A DNA stretch of 62,944 bases, counting the filler, from Octopus bimaculoides (lineage: Eukaryota): the NCBI RefSeq assembly GCF_001194135.2. It is 5 parts of 5 records of this genome, joined end to end, with 100 filler letters (N's around TTAATTAATTAA, not from the genome) between each part and the next. Parts side by side here need not be neighbours in the genome. Positions count along the whole stretch, not along the records: positions 51,293 to 58,656 come from NW_026306984.1; positions 58,757 to 62,944 come from NC_068990.1; 3 more parts are not named here. One strand, given 5' to 3'. The number at the start of each line of letters is the position of its first letter. Position 1 is the first letter of the stretch. The notes beneath the pieces are model-generated. The model was not told the origin of the DNA and made no database searches. It saw only the letters and a program-made list of their open reading frames with translations. Below are positions 51,656 through 62,944 of the stretch, one piece after another. The translations under genes were made by a program, and so were the position numbers.

Positions 51656-53054
51656 AATCTGAAAAATTACAGATATGTGAAAACTATCGACCCTGCCATC
51701 TATTATAACTTTTGTTGTTCTGTTTAATATATACATAGATTATGCCTCCAAACAAGAGAGTTTGCTGGGGAAAGACAGCAACCAGTTTAAAATGACAGCA
51801 ACAGACTGCAGCAATTCACCACATTCCTGAAGCTACTTTGAACATAATGCAAAATGGTGCATCAACATCATCTGCCAAATCTGATAGAATTCTGGCAAAA
51901 CTGTGTACCAACAGATCGCCAGCAATTGCTTCATCACAAATTGCCATCCTAAGTTCTGCAAAAAGGGATTACCCTGCTATGTATAATCAGGGCAGCGCAA
52001 AAAGTTGTTTTGCACAAGCATTTCTATAGCCAATTAGACGGATGAAATTTACGTACGCTTAATAATGTTACACAAAACAGCCTTCAGACTTTCCCTATTA
52101 ATTTCATCGTCTTTTGAATTATGAACATATTTACATCATAAGAGTTTTTTCATTGTAAGGCTTTCTTTTTTTAGTTGATTTTCACCTAGCAAGACTTATC
52201 GTAGATGGCGTAATAAGTCACATCGGGATACGGTTGGGTTATACTGCTGGTTGTAAATATACTGACGAATAGATACATCCTTAATAAGTCTCCAATATCT
52301 TGACCTAAATTCCCTTACCTTAAATTTCCTCTAGTCACTCCTTAGGGTATTGTCCTTCCATTTTCATTTCTATATATATATATATATATTTTCCTTTTTT
52401 TCTTATCTCTTTTTTTTTTCTCTCTTGCTTCATTTACCCCTAACCTGCTGTCTCTTACTACTTAATCTACCTTCCTCTAAATTGAAATTACTGCTATCTT
52501 ACCTCCCCCACCCCAATTAGAATAAATAGAAATTAAATTCTTGTTTGATTCACTAGACTGTTGATTAACAGCCCAGTAAAGATGGTATTTTCTTCATCTC
52601 CTACTCTTGTTTTTGCACACATCAACAAAATGACTTTGTAAAATGAACTTCCATTATGCAGCTGAGGAGTACATTTTCATAGCACATCTTATGTGGTGTT
52701 CTCACTACACAAATAAATGAAGTTTGTACGAAACGTACGTACTGCTATAACCTAATGAATTTTTGTTGCTTTTCTTCAAATTTTATTCACCATATCTCTT
52801 GATTTTGTTCTTTGGTTTTTACCCTATCAAATTTTGATTTTATTAGAGGGAAAAATGTTAATTTGTGTAGTTTTCTGGATTTTATTCGTAACTGAGTTAT
52901 TTTGACTGAAAAAATGACGCTGTGACCTAAGTTATGGTATTTAGAATATTAATTGTGATTCTTTCATTCAAGAAATTTGGAATTGTGTAAATGTATGAAT
53001 TTTCAACATACACACACACACAGAAAAATCTGCCTTTTATAGATAAGATATATA

Positions 53055-53813
53055 CTAGCAGAGATACCCGGCGTTGCCAGTATTACATGCAATTGAAGAA
53101 TGCGACTTTTCTGTTATATTTTCTTTAAGGAACTGGAATTTCATCAAAATTGCACATGAGAGTTCTTTCCCTCTTTACACACCATAAAAATTCTAATCAT
53201 GACAAAGGCATCCCATACTATTGATCTTTATGCGCATATTCCAAAATTCCAGTCTTCTGGAACCTGTAAAAAGGATTTTGCTCCTGAAAAATGGAGCTCA
53301 TGGAGCTCTAAAATGTGGGAATGAAGGCCCCCTATTGGGGGTGGGGTGTGTTAATGTCAACCAGAGAAGTTGAATTGTTGGGAATGTTTTTAACTTGGGT
53401 CTTATAGTATACCTATATATATATGTAAGAGTATAGTTTCACTTTAATAGTTTCAGTATGAAATTGAAAGTATTAAAGTGAATGTATCTGACATTACAGT
53501 AGCGACATCTTATTGTTTCACTTTGGACATGTAATGCTGAAATAGTGGAATAGTTTCAGTATTAAAGTGAAAGTATCTGACATTACAGTAGAATGATGTT
53601 ATTGTTTCACTTTTGACACGTAGTACTGAAATAGTAGAGGAGATATGATATTGGTGTGGGCTCGAACAATGCTAGAAGTTAAAAGTTTTTTTGGCCCAAG
53701 ACACTACATGGACCCTAATTAAGGCATGTGTAAATTTAGAATGAAATTGGTTGTGTAGTTCTCAAGATTTAGGGATTCACACAGATACACATTCTCATCT
53801 GTATATACATAGA
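53055..53813 (-). mobile_element. Non-autonomous Helitron
   Basis: The minus strand ends ...GGCAACGCCGGGTATCTCTG-CTAG followed by T (CTAG at 53055-53058, imperfect subterminal hairpin). It starts with TC preceded by A at about 53813, the canonical A^TC...CTAG^T layout. Confidence 0.65.
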
Positions 53814-53938
53814 TATATATACACACACACACACACACCCAAACACACATATATATATGTATATCAATATAAATACATGAAAGACAATGAAGTTTGGTAA
53901 AAGAAGTTGATCATGTACATGCTTTCTTGCTGTTGTCA

Positions 53939-55620
53939 TTATAACACCTCGTTGTAAACAATATTCCTTGTTTTTCCTTGAGGAGCATATGCAAATAGGT
54001 TTGTTTTGCTTCCCACTCTTGAGCAGCCAACATACAGTTGTCCATGTGAGAAGCAGGGCTCTTCCAAGAGAAGAGCAGCTACAGAGAGGGCTTGACCCTG
54101 AGATTTGTTAATGGACATGGCCAAAGTGACACGAAGGGGCAATTGCAGTCTTCTGAATGTAAAAGGAATGTCTGCTCCTGATGGAGTAAGAGGAATTCTT
54201 GGAATAAAGACGTCATTACCTTTTCCACATCCAGAAAGAATAGTAGCCTCAATGACGTGTGACATCATCTTCTTTATCACGAGTCGTGTTCCATTGCAAA
54301 GTCTTGGTGGTTCCAGAGTGCGGAGTAGCATAACAGGCATTCCAACTTTAAGTGATAATATGTTGGGAGGTAGTCCAGGAGGCTCCAACGAATTGAGAAA
54401 TTCAGGAGGATAGTTCACCACTTCATTTGAAGATTGCCGGGAAGAGAATGCATCAGCTGTTGATTAATTTTTGTAACAGCTACGTTTTTTTGGAGCTAAT
54501 ATTGCTCTTTCACACAGCCAATTGTGATTTAGGTAGTTTTCTTTAAAGTTGGGAAAGACTTTGTGTTTGAGGTCATCTACAGAATTAACAACAGAGCAAA
54601 ATGGTCATACTTCCATTTCTCCTGCAGCAACAAGAGGCACCTTGCCATCACTAATTGTCAAAATGTCCTGTGCAAACTTTTTGGACATTTGGTCGCCGTG
54701 TAGCTGAGCTCTCATGTTAGTGCTAAGACTGAGGATGGTAACATGATGGTACAGGGTAGAGGACTTTAGGCATGCTTGGACCTCATCTACTCTAGTGCTT
54801 TCGGAATGACAGAAAGAGTTTGCCTGAAATCACCTGACAACAGAAGCGTAACACCTCCCATTGAAGTGTGACAGTCTCGGATGCCTTTCAGGGCTCTATC
54901 TAATGCTTCCAAAGCTCTCTTGTGAGCCATGGTGCATTCATACTAGACAATTAGATGACACCTTTGAAGTACCTGCCCCTGATCTGAGCTTTTGGTGATG
55001 TTGCATGAAGGCATGTTGGATGCTGCTAAATTGAGAGAGAGTTTGAAAGTTGAGTGTGCTGTCCTGCCACCAGGTAACAAAGTAGCTGCAATCCCAGAGG
55101 AAGCCGCAGCTACTGCAATGTCCTGATGCTGCATAACTTCTTCAAGGAGAAACTTTGTTATAAATGTTTTTCCTGTCCCTCCAGGAGCATCATGGAAGAA
55201 GATTCGTCCCTCATGTTGGCATACACTGTTAATAATAGTTGTGTAGGCCTGCAGGTTGTCTGGAAGTAATTTATGCTCGTTTTCAGCAATGTACTTTGAA
55301 AGCACTTGAGTGTCGTAAGAGGTTTCCCGAATGACAGCAGTGGGAAGGCTATTTGACCCTGACCTGAATGTTTGTGGCAGGCCATATGTGGACAATTCAT
55401 TACCACCCAGTGTGGCAATTCTGTCTTCAATGTCAATGAGAGTTTTGTTGTAGACTTCATTGCTGATACCCTCCATGTCAGGATAGAGCCGTTGAGCTTG
55501 CCACTGAAAGTCTTCAGCCAGGTTGTCCCTGTACTTGAGCCATAGAGTTGCAGGATCACATAGTTCACATGTCTGTAGTAATACTGCAATTAGTGCTCTG
55601 AGACTTTTAGGTGACTGTGA
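53939..55620 (-). pseudogene. Helitron RepHel remnant: PIF1-family (SF1B) helicase, Rep/HUH domain absent
   Basis: Motifs SPKSLRALIAVLL..C....LW.KY...AED (linker), DAPGGTGKTF (Walker A), [38 protein letters not shown], and [10 protein letters not shown]...[15 protein letters not shown]...[10 protein letters not shown]. Frameshifts lie between 54421 and 54943; the frame is closed by a stop near 55625. Confidence 0.92.
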
Positions 55621-55746
55621 TTAAGCAAATATTTGTGTGTAATATGTATGGTTAAAATTTCATCAACATCAAAAATATATGAATTTTCATGGGGGTTATG
55701 GCCGTTATGCATAGAATATAATTTCCAAATTTTCATGTATGCATAT

Positions 55747-55780
<34 letters not shown>

Positions 55781-55803
55781 ATNNNNNNNNNNNNNNNNNN
55801 NNN

Positions 55804-55846
<43 letters not shown>

Positions 55847-55955
55847 TATATATATATATACATCTATATATATATACATGTATATAGATACATTTGTGCA
55901 GATATATATATGCATGTATGTATGTAATTATGTATGTATGCCTGTATATATGTGA

Positions 55956-56315
55956 GAGTATAGTTTCACTGTAGTAGTTTCAGTATGGAAATGAAACCAT
56001 TAAAGTAAAAGTATCTGTCATTACAGTATGGAAATGTGATTGTTTCAGATTTGATACTGAAATAGTGGAAGAGTTTCATTTTGAAAGTGAAAGTATTTGA
56101 CTTGAGTGTTTTTGTTTCACATTTGATACGTAATACTTAAATAGTGGAGGAGATATGATGTTGCTGTGGGCTCGAACTATGCAAGAAGTGAAAAAATATT
56201 TTTGACTAAAACACAACCAGGACCCTAAGTAAGGCATGTGTAAAATTTAAATGAAATTGGTTGAGTAGTTCTCGAGTTTCAGGGATTCACACAGACACAG
56301 ACAGACACACATTCT

Positions 56316-56360
<45 letters not shown>
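55956..56360 (-). mobile_element. Second copy of the Helitron 5'-terminal region
   Basis: 55956-56318 is a diverged direct repeat of 53429-53798, followed by an (AT)n-type terminus. Confidence 0.65.
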
Positions 56361-56361
<1 letters not shown>

Positions 56362-56399
56362 TAGAAATAGTTTAATATCTATACATATTATATATGTAT

Positions 56400-57300
56400 A
56401 ACATATGTTTGATATTTATACATATTATATACTTAAATACTATATATATTATAAAATAAATGTAATTTTTACACCTCTATAAATTCATACTTAGCTTATA
56501 TAAAACAATACTGGTATATTCGCTACTTAAAATAAACTGCTTAGATTATAACTTAATTAATATATACTTAGCATGTTCTTTAACTTCGGTACTCCTTTAT
56601 TAAATACCAATTGATCAATCTTCACATATACCATTTGATAAGTTAATATTTCAGTATATAATATGTATAAATATTAAAATATTTCTAGATAATTTCTTTT
56701 CCTCCCTCTATTGTGGTAAAAGTTTGGTATATACTCAAAAGTATTCAAGTATTTTTATCCTTTTCTAATAATAGTCTTCTTAATAATCTTCCGAATAATC
56801 CTAAATTTTAATTTTATACAATATGACAATATTGTTTAAAATATTTCACTATAGTACCACATGATAAGATCTCCCCTGTTTAATTATCAATGGTTTACTA
56901 TTGGCTTGCCCCTTTAATTGTCAGCTAACATTTTGATTTAAGATTTCCTTTACCAAATCTCATTATATTGCTTCAAATAAATCTTGCTAGTTTTTAATGA
57001 CTATACCCACTATGCTTTTCTGTCGACTCCCTCAGCCCCCTTCCTAGCAGGCACTATTCCTTGTTCTTTTGGCCTTAGATATACAAAGATTTGATAAACT
57101 AGTCTATAAATTAAAACTCACCCCATAAAACAGTGACAAGCAAAATCTGTAACCAGTCTTTCTTCCTGATACCTTAGTAGCTTCTAAGCTGAAGTGAAGA
57201 CAACATGTTCTTTGTCTATCTCCTTAACATCTTGGAGATTTTAGGCAAAATTATACTAATGTGTCCATCTGTTTTAATTTAATTAAATTCTATGTCTTTA
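56400..57300 (-). mobile_element. Possible highly decayed L1/Tx1-like LINE fragment
   Basis: The only clue is minus-strand VPARKGAEGVD (about 57025-57055), weakly resembling LP...GGLG. The region is otherwise AT-rich and free of microsatellites. Confidence 0.2.
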
Positions 57301-57415
57301 TGCAGCTTAGGATTGCTCTGCATTTAAATTGATGTAATGATTGCATTGTTCAATTAAATGGAGTTGCTTGAAACGATTGTACTGCATTACCTCTGGATAT
57401 CCTTGTTGCTTATTT

Positions 57416-57454
<39 letters not shown>

Positions 57455-57967
57455 ACTTGCCCATTGCAGATGACATATAAGTGTTCAGTTTTTGCTAAAT
57501 GGCTTGCACAAATGATTTGTTTATAGGAATCAAATGTATGTTCACTCCCTCCATCAAGTTGTCTGAACAGGTGCACAGTGTACCATGCATCACGTGTCAA
57601 AGTGATAATAGAACAATACGAAATGAAGTACTTTGCTCAAGAACACATCGCACCACCCAATCTAGGAATTAGAACCACAATCTAGCGATCATGAGTGCAA
57701 CACCCTAACCACTAGGCCATGTGGCCACACATATAAACATATGCAGACATATATATCATAAGCATATACAATATATATATGCATATANNNNNNNNNNNNN
57801 NNNNNNNNNNNNNNNNNNNNNNNNNNNNNNNNNNNNNNNNNNNNNNNNNNNNNNNNNNNNNNNNNNNNNNNNNNNNNNNNNNNNNNNNNNNNNNNNNNNN
57901 NNNNNNNNNNNNNNNNNNNNNNNNNNNNNNNNNNNNNNNNNNNNNNNNNNNNNNNNNNNNNNNNNNG

Positions 57968-58337
57968 GCACCTGTACCAGTGAGGCGCTAAGAGCACCGT
58001 TCAAGTGTGATTGTTACCAGCATCACCTTCCTGGCACATGAAAAGTAATTCAAGCAAGATTGTTGCCAGTGCCGCTGGACTAACTCCTGTGCAGGTGGCA
58101 CGTAAAATACACCATTTTGAGTGTGGCCGTTGCCAGTACCGTCTGACTGGTCTTCATGCCGGTGGCACGTAAAAGCACCCACTACACTCTCGGAGTGGTT
58201 GGCATTAGGAAGGGCATCCAGCTGTAGAAACTCTGCCATATCAGATTGGAGCTTTGTGTAGCCATCTGGTTCACCAGTCCTCAGTCAAACCGTCCAACCC
58301 ATACCAGCATGGAAACAATAATGATGATGATGATGAT
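57968..58337 (+). mobile_element. RTE-type 3' end / RTE-tailed SINE
   Basis: Internal GGTGGCACGTAAAA repeats; GTGGTTGGCATTAGGAAGGGCATCCAGC (RTE 3' UTR-like motif); (GAT)n tail. Confidence 0.75.
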
Positions 58338-58414
58338 ATTATACATACATCGTATATATAGTATACCTATATATATATACATATAGAGTATATATATAGT
58401 ATATATAATATACA

Positions 58415-58445
<31 letters not shown>

Positions 58446-58756
58446 GATGGCACCAAAGTGGGAGAAGAAAGAATTAAATCTTTTGTTGCGAGCATGGATG
58501 ATTGCTAGTGGCGATTCCCCAAACAACATCATCACTGCTGCACTGAAGAATAATGGCTTTCATAGAACCACTGATCAGATAGAGCAGAAGAAGAATGAAT
58601 TCCTCCGCTCATATGCACTCATCAGACCACACATTGACACCCTAGATGTCATAATCNNNNNNNNNNNNNNNNNNNNNNNNNNNNNNNNNNNNNNNNNNNN
58701 TTAATTAATTAANNNNNNNNNNNNNNNNNNNNNNNNNNNNNNNNNNNNNNNNNNNN

Positions 58757-58824
<68 letters not shown>

Positions 58825-61800
58825 GGTCCCCTAATGTCAACGTCCAAGCTCGTTATGACCCAATGATAACAAAGTAAAATACAAAACGGATCGGCTGTCA
58901 CCTGTGTCACCAAGGGCTGCGCACCCGAGTGAGGAACCAGATTGGGTACGAAAAATCTTCTACTGGTTCAAATCTTCCCGAAACACAGGAGCTGAAAGTA
59001 CTCCACAACCGGAATATTCCAACAGATGGCCACCCATGCTCGTCATCAAATAACCAAAACAAAAAGAATGAAAAAAGTTCTAGGGTAGATAATAAAGAAG
59101 TTCTTAAGTCCTTCTATCATGCCATGTATTCCCTGACAAATAAATCTAATACTGTATAAACCTACTTAAACTAAGAAAAAACATCTTGAAGTAAGACGCT
59201 ACATAGACAGTAACAAACTTGCCAATGTCAGAAGAAATATTATGAAAAAGAAATTACTAACTGAATTAGAGATTGACCAAATTAAACAATCAGTAAGGGA
59301 TAAAAGGAACAAAGTTGCAGTTAAAGAAGATACTACGGAGTAATTAATTATAGACCAGCCCAGGTCTGATGAAAATGCAGTAATGACTCAAAAGGATAAT
59401 GTATCTGATAAGCAAAAGTTAAATACTCTCTGAACCAACCATAAACACTAAAGCAGATGAGCAGATGAAAGTCAAATAGATGAAAAAATCACACAGAAAT
59501 TAACCCAACCGAACTAAATGATCTAAAAAAATCAAATCATGATTGAATGGCTGAAAATTAACGAAATCAGTATGAATGAACGTGACACTCTCCCAAAAAT
59601 TCGCAACTCTAACCAAAACCTGAAAGTAATTGGTAAAATCCACCTTGCACTTACGGATATAATTTCAACTAATGATGTTGATATTACAGATCACACCCAC
59701 CTGTACTATGCATCCGCGAAGATCTCAACGATTCTATGTGGGGAAAAGATTAGAAAACGACAACATTCCCACAAAAAGCCTACTTGGCAAGAGCGTATTC
59801 AACATCAAATTCAGCTACTTAGGTCTGACATAGAATATCAGACTATCAAACCAACAAAAATTCGAAAATTAAGGAAAAACTATAATATGAAAAACATACC
59901 TGACATCGATACCACAATAGAAACTATCAAGCAAAAGGTATGTGCTAAAGCTGCCCGCATAGCACAGGATGAAAAGCGTGTTAGATTCTTTTAGATTCTT
60001 CAAGGACAACGATAATCCAAAACAAAATTATAGGAAGATAGGGAAAATACCAGTTACACTAAAGTCTGTCCCGTCAAAAGAAGTGCAGGAATTTTGAAAT
60101 AAAATTTGGGCAGAAGCAAAAAAAAAACAATATAAAGGCCCCTTGGATTGATAGAATATCTACTGACTTAGAAGAGCAAAAGTGGGAAGGTATCAAGGTA
60201 TAGGATGTAAGATCTGCTCTCAGGAAGTCAAGTAAATGGAAGTCTCCAGGAAAGGATAAAATTCCTAACTTCTGGTTGAATGCCTTCCCAGAGAGCCATG
60301 GACTGCTAACAAAAGTTTACAACAATGTTTTGCAACAACCTAGTATGATTCCCTTTTGGTTAGTTAATGGTGTAACACTCCTACTTCTAAAAAATGAAGC
60401 AACAAATGAACCAAAAATTATAGACCCATAACCTGCTTAACAATAATGTATAAAATACTAAAATCTGTCTTGACTGAAAATACCTATAGTTTTTTTTTAA
60501 TAGAAAGTGGCATATTCCCTAAAGCGCAAAAAGGATGTAAACGTCGATCCTAAGGTTGTAAAGATCAGTTATTCCTCAATAAGATGATCGTGTGTCACAA
60601 ACGACACAAAAAATTGTCGATAGCCTGGATAGACAATAACAAAGCTTTTGATAATCTACCAGCTGGATTAAGAAATACCAGGAAATATATAAAATAGCAT
60701 CTACTTTGCGAAATTTCTTGTCTCTAAGTATGAGATCATGGAGAATCACTGACTTTGAACAGTGACAATGAATCTCTCAATGCTGGAGACGTAAGAATTT
60801 CATGTGGCATTTTCCAGAGTGATTCTCTATCACCACTCCTCTTTTGTTTAAGGTGTTACCTTAATTCAAAATACCCTCTCGAAATTGCTTGATGATGTAC
60901 AATACGGTTATAAAATGTTTGATAAAAATATAAATCATCTCATTTGCATGGATGATTTAAAGCTCTTTGCAAAAAATGACCAACAACTACAGGGCTTACT
61001 AGTGATTGTTAAACAATTCAGTGATGACATCAGGATGCAATTTGGCCTCGATAAATGTGAAAAAGCCACCTTCATCAAAGGAAAAATGACAGAAACATCC
61101 AACGTTAATCTTGACCAGCAGAATGTCATAAAGGAATTAGAACCAGCGGAGAGCTACAAATACCTACGATATTTGAAGGGGACAGAATCAAACATTCAGT
61201 GATGAGGGAAAGGATCAGAAGAGAATGTTATCGCAGGGTAATGGTAATACTCAAGACAGAGCTGAATGCAAGAAACAGGTTCGAAGCGATCAATTCTTTA
61301 GCCATACCAGTCGTGACTTACTGTTTCAATATCATTAACTGGTCAATTACTAAAATATGTGATTTTGACAAAAAAATATGAAAATTGTTGACAATGCATA
61401 GAATGCACCACCCTAAGGCAGATATAGAACGACTTTTCCTGCCAAGAAAAGATGGTGGCCGTAGACTTTTACAACAGGAATTAACAATGAAGATTGCTAC
61501 AATTGGCCCAAACACCTACCTAAAAAACTCTGATGACTGGATGTTAAAACTTGTCTTAAAGCATGAAAACAAGAAAGCATAATACTCAATAACAAAACAG
61601 GCAAGGAATCTCAGTGAATTCCAAATGCAACAAATTCTAGAATTAGACGTACTAGAAAGAAACACAGAAAATGCTAAGCGTATGAAAATCCGTGCTAAAA
61701 CTACTGCCATAGATATTCTTACTGATAATTGGCAAGGCAAATCTCTCAATGGCAAATGCCCAAAGAGAGCTAATAGTACCGACGTTGACAAAGTCCTTCC

Positions 61801-62693
61801 CTATCAAAGGTTAATGTCTACTTGTTTAAAATCAGTAACAGAAGGGTTTATCATAGCAGCCCAAGATCAATACCTATCTACAAGAAACTACCAGGCCAAC
61901 ATATTAGAGAATGGCAGTAGCCCAACATGACGTGTATGTCAATAACAAAATTAAACCATTGATCATGTTGTCTCCATGTGCAGTCTTCTTGCGCCTACAA
62001 AGTATCTCAACAGGCATGGTAGAGCAGCACAATATATTGACTGAGTAATTTACAAGAACCTGGACCTGCCCCATGATAAAAACTGGTGGGAACAAAAACC
62101 ACCTCCAGTGCTTGAAGATGATTACATCTCACTCCTCTGGAACGTCACTGTTCAAACTGACAGAAAGATAGATGTGAATAGGCCAGACTTTATATTGAAA
62201 GACTTCAGACAAAAATCATGCCTCCTCATTTATATGACTGTCCCAATCGACATAAACGTATCTGTGAAGACCTCCCAAAAACTGAGCAAGAATAAAGATC
62301 TTGAAATAGAAATTGGCAAACTGTGGAACCTCAAAACTAAAACAATACCTGTTGTCATAGGTACCCTAGGAATGATAGCAAAAGGGGCTGATTGCTACCT
62401 AGCTCAGATACCAGGAAACCCCAAGATGGCAGAAATTCAAAAATTAGAGCTCATGGCAACTGCCCATGTCCTACGTAAAATACTGACTATGTAATCTCAA
62501 ATTTTAAAACAAACTCATAATTTTCTTATGCTTTTTTATACATTCTCTAGAACAATACTACGTGCAAAACCAAATATATGACACCCTACGCATAATACCA
62601 ACATGAACTTCTAGCTTGTCTCTTGCAGTCTCTGGGTGAAACTTAGAGCCAACTTGTACAAATACAAAGCAAAAGTTAAACATATAATAATAA
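58825..62693 (+). mobile_element. Full-length, decayed R4/Dong-like non-LTR retrotransposon (single ORF, RT + CCHC + REL endonuclease), about 3.9 kb
   Basis: Collinear motifs WKSPGKDKIPNFWL, YRPITCL, QKGCKR...GCKDQL, AWID...AFD, GIFQSDSLSPLLF, NHLICMDDLKLFAK, FGLDKC, YKYL, RLFLPRKDGG, TIDHVVSMC...RH, VQTDRKIDVNRPD and TIPVVIGTLG. There are many stops and frameshifts. (AAT)n lies on the 5' side and (TAA)3 at the 3' end. Confidence 0.9.
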
Positions 62694-62944
62694 AGGGTTT
62701 ATATGAAGAAAAACATTATGGACAGCACGGGACAAAACTAAAAAATATGTCTGTGTATGTGTATGAGTGTGTAGTTGTGAGGGGTTTTGCATGTAAGCAA
62801 GACTAATAAAATTTTTAAAAAGAGAGATCAACAATGTGTAATCCTCAATAGGAAGGAGACGTTCGAGAGCTGCTCATGGAAAAACCCCATAGAAATCATG
62901 GGTTCCCTAACTTTTCAGGCAGGTGCCTTTTTGCTTTTCCTTTC

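Noticed and set aside
58825-58900. HDV-like ribozyme at the 5' end of the R4/Dong-like element
   Set aside because: Such ribozymes are known from R2/R4/RTE 5' ends, but I could find only a 4-bp P1-like pairing and no nested double pseudoknot. An RNArobo/Infernal search of the family consensus would settle it.

Overview
This is a repeat-saturated, AT-rich eukaryotic (animal) draft-assembly window, not a prokaryotic locus. It contains no CRISPR array, rRNA, tRNA gene or operon. The microsatellite density and the tRNA-derived SINE families resemble what I recall from octopus/cephalopod genomes; this is an inference and BLASTN is needed to confirm it. Several kb are N gaps. Four joins are artificial N44-TTAATTAATTAA-N44 spacers, so contiguity across them is unproven. 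Nearly all listed ORFs are translations of microsatellites. All recognisable protein remnants are transposon-derived: (1) a full-length but decayed R4/Dong-like RT+REL retrotransposon (58825-62693) sitting in a (TAA)n tract; (2) a Helitron Pif1-helicase remnant inside a tandem Helitron structure (53055-56360); (3) a mariner transposase fossil (11335-12380); (4) fragments of RTE, HERO-like, CR1-like and other REL LINEs. No host gene could be identified, although a few candidate exons are flagged at low confidence, including a possible 6-nt microexon. The most interesting signal is a Penelope-type minimal hammerhead ribozyme with an intact catalytic core (51407-51452). It lies about 100 nt downstream of a tRNA-like B-box, suggesting a Pol III SINE/retrozyme chimera. 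A second, degenerate hammerhead of the same architecture lies at 47013-47048.
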